Below, piece by piece: positions 56,919 through 64,000 of a stretch of 64,000 nt of DNA. A model generated the notes under the pieces. The model made no database searches. It was not told the DNA's origin and saw only the letters and a list, made by a program, of their open reading frames with translations. Position numbers and translations under genes: made by a program. The stretch spans positions 6,668 through 70,667 of the forward strand of contig CAZMFZ010000001.1 of assembly GCA_964565665.1 (NCBI GenBank), read 5' to 3'. The stretch's first letter is position 1; every line of letters starts with the position of its first letter. The stretch is from an uncultured Bifidobacteriaceae bacterium (GTDB lineage Bacteria; Bacteroidota; Bacteroidia; Cytophagales; UBA9547).

Positions 56919-57371
56919 ATGCAAGCTACTAGGAAAAATTCTGCACGCATCTTTGAAAAATTCTCTACCCTGGCTACCAAAGCAACAGGCACACCTTTGG
57001 CATTTATTTTTGCATTTGGTATAATATTAATTTGGGGAATAACAGGTCCTTTTTTCAATTTCTCAGATACATGGCAATTGGTGATAAACACTAGCACTAC
57101 CATTATTACCTTCTTAATGGTATTTTTAATTCAACAATCGCAAAACAAAGACACTACTGCCATTCAACTCAAGCTCAATGAACTTATAGCTGCAAATAAG
57201 CATACCAGCAACCGATTAATTGATATTGAAGACCTTTCGGATGAGGAATTAAATGAACTAAAAAAGTTTTATGTTCGATTGTCTGAGCTATCAAAAGGCG
57301 AGAATAGCTTTTTCAAGTCACACTCTTTAGATGAAGCCGAGAAGATACACGTTAAAAAGTTTGGTAAATAA
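56919..57371 (+). CDS. low-affinity iron permease family protein
   Basis: ...GTPLAFIFAFGIILIWGITGPFFNFSDTWQLVINTSTTIITFLMVFLIQQSQNKDTTAIQLKLNELI is characteristic of this family. Confidence 0.75.
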   Translation: MQATRKNSARIFEKFSTLATKATGTPLAFIFAFGIILIWGITGPFFNFSDTWQLVINTSTTIITFLMVFLIQQSQNKDTTAIQLKLNELIAANKHTSNRLIDIEDLSDEELNELKKFYVRLSELSKGENSFFKSHSLDEAEKIHVKKFGK

Positions 57372-57390
57372 TCCTTTCATCACCATAAAT

Positions 57391-58395
57391 TTATTCAAAA
57401 TTATAAACCACACCCAGCATCAGCCTACCAGCATTGCCTATTACCTGGCCGTTTAGTTTTTCTGCATAAGGTTTTTGAAAAAGGGTTTGTACAATAAACT
57501 GTTTGTACATGATATCAATCCCTGCTTGATAAAACCAAGTATAACCTCCTGTAAATTCCCTGATATTGCCATTGAGTTTATCTCTTTCAGAAAACTCATA
57601 ATAATTTCCAATCTTAGGTAAAAAGCTAATTTCATTTATTTTAAGGGTGTAATAAAAGTTTGCCATCGCATTCCACTTGTTGCCAAACTGTACATTATTT
57701 TCGCCTTTGGTGCAATACCGATAATTTAAAAATACATCTGCACCCCATTTATCGTTGGTAATCAGATAATTAAGGCGAGCAATAATATCAACACTGCTTG
57801 TACCAGGCTGGATGTCGTAGCCATAAGTTTTGCTGTTTGCACCTGCATTGTATTTTCCAGTAGGTATTTTCAACCCTAAACCGGGTTTTACAATATGCTT
57901 TATCCAGCCTGTTTCAAATGTATGGGTGTAATCAGCTGCCACAATAGCATCGCCAAAACCATTGATATTAAAACTCGAATCTTTGACCGGATATGGCGAT
58001 TGCCATACTTGTTTGTAATACAATTGGCTATGTACATATGGGATAATCAATTGGAAATTCCAATGCTTTTTATAGGCATAATTACCGCGTAACTCAATGG
58101 TTTGGTACATTTCAAAATCATTTTTATGATTGAAAAATTGCGTCCCTTCCTCTTCAGGCACATGATTTTCTCTGGCATTTGCAGCTTGTAAAGAAGCTGG
58201 ATTAATATAATATCGATTGGGTTCGCTTTTATAATCGTAGCCATTGAAAAATCTTTGCCTATAAAATACCCCTACATAACTTTGATTTCTGCGATTGGCA
58301 TACTCGAAAATATTGCAGATGTCGCATGACGAAGATAAATTCGAAATGGTGATTGCAAAAAATAATAAACTATGTCTTGTAAATAAAGTTTGCAT
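57391..58395 (-). CDS. putative outer-membrane beta-barrel protein with N-terminal CxxC
   Basis: Signal sequence ending ..NLSSSCDICN, then alternating aromatic/glycine strand patterns through to ...GRLMLGVVYNFE. It is the last gene of the MbnP/peroxidase cluster, 11 nt after the peroxidase stop. Confidence 0.5.
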   Translation of the reverse strand: MQTLFTRHSLLFFAITISNLSSSCDICNIFEYANRRNQSYVGVFYRQRFFNGYDYKSEPNRYYINPASLQAANARENHVPEEEGTQFFNHKNDFEMYQTIELRGNYAYKKHWNFQLIIPYVHSQLYYKQVWQSPYPVKDSSFNINGFGDAIVAADYTHTFETGWIKHIVKPGLGLKIPTGKYNAGANSKTYGYDIQPGTSSVDIIARLNYLITNDKWGADVFLNYRYCTKGENNVQFGNKWNAMANFYYTLKINEISFLPKIGNYYEFSERDKLNGNIREFTGGYTWFYQAGIDIMYKQFIVQTLFQKPYAEKLNGQVIGNAGRLMLGVVYNFE

Positions 58396-58406
58396 TAATA
58401 AATGTC

Positions 58407-59438
58407 TTAATTTAATGATTGGGATGTAAATTCATAATCATCAAGTGTCTTTAAGAATATTTTCAGGTCTTCGATTTCAACAATAGAAAGTTGAAACCCG
58501 GGTTTAGGGATTTTCTCATCAAGCGTTGCCGAATATTTTATTCCACTATTATAGTGTGTTAATACTTCATCAATGTTGGCAAATCGGCCATCATGCATGT
58601 AGGGCGCTGTGAAGGATAAATTTCGCAATGAAGGAGTTTTGAATTTGCCTACATCCACAATATTACCAGTAATTCTATACCTGCCCTTATGAATATTTTC
58701 GTGGCTATTATCATTAAAACTACTGTCTAAGCCATTGTTATGAAAATCAAAATCGGTAAAGAAATCGGCTTTGTGGCAGCTTTCGCATTTGCTTTTAAAT
58801 ATTTCCAAACCTTTCAATTCTTGCAAAGTCAATATTTCTCCTTCCAATCTCACATATTTGTCATATTTGGAATTAGCTGAAATAAGCGAACGCTCAAATT
58901 GAGCAATAGCATGCACCAATAAAGTGGTGTTGATGGAATCCACTCCAAATGCCTCTTTAAATAATATAGGATATTTTGCGGAAAGGCGAAGCTCAGTTAT
59001 TAATTCACTCAAGTTTTGCTTCATTTCATCTTCGTGCTGCAAAGGAGCAAATACTTGTGATTCAAGATTTTTAGCTCCACCATCTGCAAAATAGCCCTTT
59101 GCCCAAGCTATATTGAATAATGCTGGTGCATTTCTTAACATTGGTATTCCTGAAATACCTTTGTTTGAGAAAGCCAATCCATCGGAAAACGCCTTGTCAG
59201 CATGGTGACAAGCAGCACAGGCTATTGTATTATTCCCAGACAAAATAGGGTCGAAAAACAATTTCTTTCCTAATGCTATTCCTTTTACAGTAGCGCGATT
59301 ATCTGTAGGTTGTGGCAATTCAGTGGAAAAATTCTTAGGCACTTCAATTGCGATAGATGAATTTGGCTGCAAAATTTCACCATCTTGTGAACAAGAGTAC
59401 ATAAAAATTAAAAAAACAAGAAACACAAGTTTTTTCAA
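58407..59438 (-). CDS. di-haem cytochrome c peroxidase (MauG/MbnH-like) lipoprotein
   Basis: Two haem-binding motifs, CAACHH and CESCHK. Lipobox ..FMYSCSQ. Its size and the ...FKTPSLRNLSFTAPYMHDGRF region are typical of the CCP/MauG family. Confidence 0.85.
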   Translation of the reverse strand: MKKLVFLVFLIFMYSCSQDGEILQPNSSIAIEVPKNFSTELPQPTDNRATVKGIALGKKLFFDPILSGNNTIACAACHHADKAFSDGLAFSNKGISGIPMLRNAPALFNIAWAKGYFADGGAKNLESQVFAPLQHEDEMKQNLSELITELRLSAKYPILFKEAFGVDSINTTLLVHAIAQFERSLISANSKYDKYVRLEGEILTLQELKGLEIFKSKCESCHKADFFTDFDFHNNGLDSSFNDNSHENIHKGRYRITGNIVDVGKFKTPSLRNLSFTAPYMHDGRFANIDEVLTHYNSGIKYSATLDEKIPKPGFQLSIVEIEDLKIFLKTLDDYEFTSQSLN

Positions 59439-59588
59439 AAACCGAGAAATTTTAAGCTTGAATAGAATGTATGGCGGAATGATAAACCTAATTTATTACC
59501 AATCCAATACCGAAAGCTATCGATACCGGATTGGGCAAATAATCTAGAATACAACTCAATGTGTGGCCACATTGATTGGTAATTCAAT

Positions 59589-60434
59589 TTATTCCTCATC
59601 TGCCTGATGCACATGATGTAGTAAAAATACGCCATTTTTTTGTGCATAGTTATCAGCAATTTTAGAGGCCAAAGCAGCATCAACCATTGGGCTGTTGCTT
59701 ACTTTTAAATCAAGTACATTTGTTTCCGCCCCGATGCTACCAAATACACCTAAAAAATTGTTTTTGAAGTGTAGTTCTGGCGATCCTGTTTTCACTACTT
59801 TGGTATTTTCTGGCAAATCAAATGTAAGGGTTTTGTAGTTGGCATCTAAGCCTATATGGTATGAATAGTAACCATATTTACCCGTGCTTATTTCGTATCG
59901 CCCTTCCATTTTCATGAAAATATAACCAGTATTCCAAGTCCAACTCATACCTATTGTCTCGCTCAAATCGCCAGTTTTTTTTGTTAAATCATGGTTTCTA
60001 ATTTCATCTACACCTATGCTGTATGAAATTTTAGAATAACTGCCTACTGGCACACCAGTAATTTCGATATCTTCTTTAATACTTTTGGGGGTATATTCTA
60101 TTAAATGATAACTATTTGGCTCACTAAAGGATTTGCCCAAACTATCGGTAAGCACAATATTGCTAATCCAATACCTCACACTGTTTATAGTGATTTTATT
60201 TCCCGCAGCATTAGTATAGATATTAGTAAGTGCGGTTGTAGAATCCTTGATGCCAGAATTGTCTAAATTTAATTTTGTATACACACCCTCTTTTAATGTT
60301 TGGGTATCAAAATACAAACTTACCTTTCCAGTATCAGTAGGCTTCGGGTCGTCTTTTTTGGTATCTTTTGTACACGACCAATAAGTAACCAATATTGAAA
60401 TAATTAGAAATGTGTTTTTCATTTTGTTTTTCAT
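59589..60434 (-). CDS. MbnP-like lipoprotein (paralog 2)
   Basis: Lipobox ..TYWSCTKD. Motifs RYWISNIVLTD, YSIGVDEIRNH, MSWTWNTGYIFMKMEG and YSYHIGLDANYKTLTFDL are shared with the upstream paralog. As I recall, they also match the MbnP family that pairs with MbnH-type peroxidases. Confidence 0.6.
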   Translation of the reverse strand: MKNKMKNTFLIISILVTYWSCTKDTKKDDPKPTDTGKVSLYFDTQTLKEGVYTKLNLDNSGIKDSTTALTNIYTNAAGNKITINSVRYWISNIVLTDSLGKSFSEPNSYHLIEYTPKSIKEDIEITGVPVGSYSKISYSIGVDEIRNHDLTKKTGDLSETIGMSWTWNTGYIFMKMEGRYEISTGKYGYYSYHIGLDANYKTLTFDLPENTKVVKTGSPELHFKNNFLGVFGSIGAETNVLDLKVSNSPMVDAALASKIADNYAQKNGVFLLHHVHQADEE

Positions 60435-60476
60435 TTTGTTTAATTTTTAAATTAAAGTGTAAAATTATTTTTTGAA

Positions 60477-61220
60477 TTAAGGATTTACGATTTTGCTGAT
60501 AGAAAACATGCCTGCTGCATAATTCGAGCCAATCTTGTCAGCATCAGAATTTTGCATGGCTTGGTCCACCTCATCAAAATCTATTAAATAAGGGCTTCTG
60601 AACATACCATTAATATTCACCTTCACCTTGATTATGGAAGTTTTACCAGCCTCTATTTTCAAGTTCGAACTTAAATTGAAACTCAAAGATTTATAATTTT
60701 TGTCTTCACCTACATGAAATACTAACGCCCCATTTTTCGTAGGTGTTACATACTCTCCTTCAAGTAGTAGAAATTTGTAGCCCGTATTCCAATCCCATGT
60801 CATGCCACTACCTGGTGCTAATTCACCCAAATGGACAGTACTATGGTTATTTACAGAATCCACACCTATATCAAAACTTAAATTGGAATAATTGCCAACT
60901 TCTATACTATCGATTATGAAAGCTTTTTTAATAAATTCTGATGTATAGCTTATCAGGTTATAATTTTCCTTTTTAATAAAATTTAATCCTACTGCACTTA
61001 ATGATCTAAAATGAACAAAAAACTTAAATTGCTCAATTAAAAAAGTGTCGTTAGCAGGCGACAGATATTGTTTGGTATACAATTCTAAAGGAATAGTATC
61101 GATGTAGGGTTCAAAAACCAATTGAAGCTTACCTGTTTTTATTAGCATAGGTTCTACAGCTTTATCTTGTTTACAGGCATAGACAAGCAGGAGTACCCCC
61201 AAAAGTGTAACTTTTTTCAT
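60477..61220 (-). CDS. MbnP-like lipoprotein (paralog 1)
   Basis: Lipobox ..LVYACKQD, then FDIGVDSVNNH, MTWDWNTGYKFLLLEG and LVFHVGEDKNYKSLSFNL. Confidence 0.6.
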   Translation of the reverse strand: MKKVTLLGVLLLVYACKQDKAVEPMLIKTGKLQLVFEPYIDTIPLELYTKQYLSPANDTFLIEQFKFFVHFRSLSAVGLNFIKKENYNLISYTSEFIKKAFIIDSIEVGNYSNLSFDIGVDSVNNHSTVHLGELAPGSGMTWDWNTGYKFLLLEGEYVTPTKNGALVFHVGEDKNYKSLSFNLSSNLKIEAGKTSIIKVKVNINGMFRSPYLIDFDEVDQAMQNSDADKIGSNYAAGMFSISKIVNP

Positions 61221-61328
61221 CAGCTTTGAAATTGAATAATAGATAAAATTAAAGGATAGAATATTCCAAAAAACACTGAGATTGTGTTTTATATACTAAA
61301 ATATTAATGGAATAAAATATAAAATGTA

Positions 61329-61703
61329 CTAAGCGACAATTGGCGGCTTATTGAGGGAAGTAAAAAAATCAGAGCTATTATAGCAATTCTTAGTAAAATA
61401 TTTTTGAAGTGAAAAAATACTAGGATTTAGTAGCACAAATTCATTTGAAACTGAGGTAAATTCAAATGAAAGATTGAGATTTTGAAGGCTATTTTCATTC
61501 CCTTTTGCTTGTTCGGCTTTTTTTAAGGTTTTATTTAGGTGACATTTGCCATTACATTTCAATTTGGGTTTGGCTTTATTTACGCAAAAATTTTGGGTGA
61601 AATAGGTTTTATTGGCTTCATAAGTCAGTTGCAAAATGCCCACAGAAAACATATTGACTGATAATAAAAAAATTAGACTAAAAGCAATTGCCTTTTGAAA
61701 CAT
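61329..61703 (-). CDS. hypothetical membrane-anchored protein with C-x9-C-x3-C-H motif
   Basis: N-terminal TM segment (AIAFSLIFLLSVNMFSVGIL), then FCVNKAKPKLKCNGKCHLNKTLKK. It is the first gene of the cluster, 108 nt upstream of MbnP-like paralog 1. Confidence 0.45.
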   Translation of the reverse strand: MFQKAIAFSLIFLLSVNMFSVGILQLTYEANKTYFTQNFCVNKAKPKLKCNGKCHLNKTLKKAEQAKGNENSLQNLNLSFEFTSVSNEFVLLNPSIFSLQKYFTKNCYNSSDFFTSLNKPPIVA

Positions 61704-61839
61704 GAAGCAAATATAGGATAATTTAGAATGAAGAGATTGTTAATACGTTGTTTTTAACAATGTTTTTAAAACTCATTATCAAATGGATGTTATAGTATAC
61801 TAAATTGAATCGGTAAATCAAGTGAAATTTTAGCAACGA

Positions 61840-63855
61840 ATGACTATAAGAACTACACTCCTACTTGTTTATATTACATTTTTGCCATTTCTACTGTATT
61901 CGGCTGACGATATATATGATATTTCTAAAAACATTGCCTCTGAAAGCCAAAAACCTTATTTAAAAATATTTGCAGACTCTTCAAAGAATATAAGCTTACA
62001 TGATATATCCAAAGAAAATAGTGGTGTTAAATTTATTCCTTTCGATAAAAAACACATTAATTCTAATATAAAAACCCATTGGCTTCAATTAAAGGTAGAC
62101 AATTCTTCATTATTTACTCAAACCAAATATTTTGGGTTTGGCGATGCTATCGAGTATATTACTTTATTTGAGTTCAAAAATGATAGTTTGATAAATTGTA
62201 TGCTTTTGGGTTCAAAAATCCCCGTTGATAATAGAGAAATAAAAACAGGCAGGGATAATATTTTCAAAATTACTATTCCTAAAAAATCTACCCGCACTTT
62301 TTATATTAAGCTTGAGAACGAATCGCGGTTTGCCAAGCAATTTTTAGGTTATTTATCTGAATATTTTATAGTTTATAGTCCATCCTTTTTTGAAAGTAAT
62401 TTTACAAAAGGCAGAATATTCAATTCGTTTTATTATGGGGCTATTTTCATTATGTTTTTTTATAATTTGTTTTTGGCATTCTCGCTCCGCAGTAGGGAAT
62501 ATGCAGCCTATGTGGCCTTTACTGTAGCCTTTTTTATCTTTAATTTATTTTCGGATGGCTACCCCTCCGAGACAATATTTGCCCATTTGCCCAATAGAGA
62601 CCGTTTGCTGCGGATATTTGTAGCACCCACTACGTTCATAGCTTATATAGTATTTAGCCGCATTTATCTTAAAACAAAAACTATCACGCCCCGAGCAGAT
62701 AAGCTATATTTTGTATTGGTGGTACTGTTGGCTTCGTGTTATATACCCATAGCTATGGGGCATTGGTGGATAGGAAGAAACCTGATGACATATATACTAA
62801 TTGCATTCATAGCCTATTATGCAGTGGTATCAGTTGTGTGCTATAAAAGAGGGTATAAACCTGCACTTTTCTATATTGTGGGCAATGCAATGCTGCTGGT
62901 TTCCGGATTGATATATGGACTCTACTTACTGGCCTTCATTCCTCACAATGGCTATACAAGAATAGTAGAATATTTGCCTCAAGTTGGCTCCATATTCGAG
63001 CTGGCTTTCTTTTCGTTGGGCTTGGCTCAAAGAATAAAAATAGCAGAAAATGCTAAATCGATGGCTCAGTTACAAACCATAGAGGCCATGACGGAGAATA
63101 AGCATATTTTACTGATGCAAAATGAAATATTGGAAACCAAGGTAACGCAAAGAACCGAAGATTTATTTGTGGCCAATAGAGAGCTAAATGGTGCGAATAC
63201 TGAGCTTAAGAAGACTGTGCAACAGATTGAAACAGAACGAAAGAGAATAGACCAATTGCTTCTAAATATATTGCCGAAAGAAATAGTGCTGGAGCTGAAA
63301 CAAAAAGGGACAGCCGTACCTCGACATTATGAGATGGTAAGCGTATTATTTGCCGATTTGGTGAATTTTACCTCGTACGCTGCCAAATTGCCTCCAGCAG
63401 AAATAACCAAGAAACTCGATACACTATTTTACGAATTTGATAAAATATGTGCCAATAATAGCCTTGAAAAGATTAAAACTATAGGGGATTGCTATATGGC
63501 AGCCGGGGGATTGCCCTTAAGCAACGCTACCAACGCCTTAGATGCAGTGAAAACGGCCTTGGCGATGATAGAAGTAATTAAAGATTCGGAATGGCAATTA
63601 AGAATAGGCATACATACTGGGGCTGTGGTTGCTGGTGTAATCGGCATAAACAAATTTGCATATGATATTTGGGGCGATGTAGTGAACATAGCTTCCAGGC
63701 TAGAATCGACCAGTGAAAATAATAGGATAAATATATCGAAGGAGACCTATTTGCTGGTGAAAGATGAGATAAGTTGCGAATATCGGGGTAAACTGGCCGC
63801 AAAAAACAAGGGAGAAATAGATATGTATTTCGTGCAAGCCACAGATACTGTTTAA
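61840..63855 (+). CDS. 7TMR-DISM receptor fused to a class III adenylate/guanylate cyclase domain
   Basis: An N-terminal extracellular domain, seven TM helices and a coiled coil, then VSVLFADLVNFTSYA...KIKTIGDCYMAAGGLP...LRIGIHTGAVVAGVIG.NKFAYDIWGDVVNIASRLES. Confidence 0.85.
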   Translation: MTIRTTLLLVYITFLPFLLYSADDIYDISKNIASESQKPYLKIFADSSKNISLHDISKENSGVKFIPFDKKHINSNIKTHWLQLKVDNSSLFTQTKYFGFGDAIEYITLFEFKNDSLINCMLLGSKIPVDNREIKTGRDNIFKITIPKKSTRTFYIKLENESRFAKQFLGYLSEYFIVYSPSFFESNFTKGRIFNSFYYGAIFIMFFYNLFLAFSLRSREYAAYVAFTVAFFIFNLFSDGYPSETIFAHLPNRDRLLRIFVAPTTFIAYIVFSRIYLKTKTITPRADKLYFVLVVLLASCYIPIAMGHWWIGRNLMTYILIAFIAYYAVVSVVCYKRGYKPALFYIVGNAMLLVSGLIYGLYLLAFIPHNGYTRIVEYLPQVGSIFELAFFSLGLAQRIKIAENAKSMAQLQTIEAMTENKHILLMQNEILETKVTQRTEDLFVANRELNGANTELKKTVQQIETERKRIDQLLLNILPKEIVLELKQKGTAVPRHYEMVSVLFADLVNFTSYAAKLPPAEITKKLDTLFYEFDKICANNSLEKIKTIGDCYMAAGGLPLSNATNALDAVKTALAMIEVIKDSEWQLRIGIHTGAVVAGVIGINKFAYDIWGDVVNIASRLESTSENNRINISKETYLLVKDEISCEYRGKLAAKNKGEIDMYFVQATDTV

Positions 63856-64000
63856 AAATCGTTTGGTGCTATGGCTTTCCAGTGTCGCAACGATTTGCTG
63901 AAATCATAGTTGAATACAAATCCTTTTTGTGCCAGTACTTTTGGCACTATATGCGTTGGTCTGGCCACTTTTTTTACTCTATCAGGATGTATGCCATTTA
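63852..64000 (-). CDS. C-terminal end of an epimerase-family (TIGR01777/DUF1731-like) protein; 5' part off the window
   Basis: The minus-strand frame open to the window edge reads ..NGIHPDRVKKVARPTHIVPKVLAQKGFVFNYDFSKSLRHWKAIAPNDF*. The ..VP.KL...GF.F.Y.....L pattern resembles the YfcH-type C-terminus. The stop overlaps the cyclase stop by 4 nt. Confidence 0.35.
   Translation of the reverse strand, partial: NGIHPDRVKKVARPTHIVPKVLAQKGFVFNYDFSKSLRHWKAIAPNDF

Noticed and set aside
1-64000. tRNA, rRNA, tmRNA, RNase P, integrase, transposase or prophage genes.
   Set aside because: I scanned intergenic regions by eye for T-loop/acceptor patterns and scanned ORF translations for recombinase or transposase motifs, and found none. 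A tRNAscan/Infernal run is still needed to be sure.

Overview
This 64-kb low-G+C chromosomal segment reads as Bacteroidota. Supporting signs are the gldF-gldG gliding pair, BamD, a DUF5686 protein, an MbnP/di-haem peroxidase lipoprotein cluster, frequent TTG/GTG starts and TTTG..TAnnTTTG-like promoter boxes. There are roughly 60 protein-coding genes. Most are housekeeping (pth, rimO, ppa, sucD, proBA, queA, an rluD-like gene, miaA), interleaved with envelope and polysaccharide genes (Wzx flippase, O-antigen-ligase-like protein, GH13, GH1, M16 and M23 peptidases, an OmpA/TPR protein). I saw no rRNA, tRNA, CRISPR array, integrase or intact transposase. Five things are not ordinary. (i) At 2.5-3.1 kb, a 226-bp array of 22 GTNAC pentamers is spaced exactly 11/10/11/10 bp (21-bp unit, one site per helical turn) and is bracketed by two 66-bp direct repeats. 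(ii) At 40.9-41.3 kb there is a second phased array of 41-bp units. (iii) A ~4.9-kb decayed accessory island (37.2-42.1 kb) holds remnants of a PIN/antitoxin pair, a BLUF-like gene and a retropepsin-like gene, plus a G+C-richer DUF6261-like gene and GGTTTAAACC-centred palindromes. (iv) An ECF sigma gene is broken by a single in-frame TAG beside an intact anti-sigma gene, and a decayed DUF433 gene precedes an intact DUF5615 PIN-like gene. (v) A five-gene cluster encodes two tandem MbnP-like proteins, an MbnH-like di-haem peroxidase, a CxxC beta-barrel and a small Cys-motif protein, divergent from a 7TMR-DISM adenylate cyclase. All functional calls come from my own reading of the translations; no database search or computation was possible.
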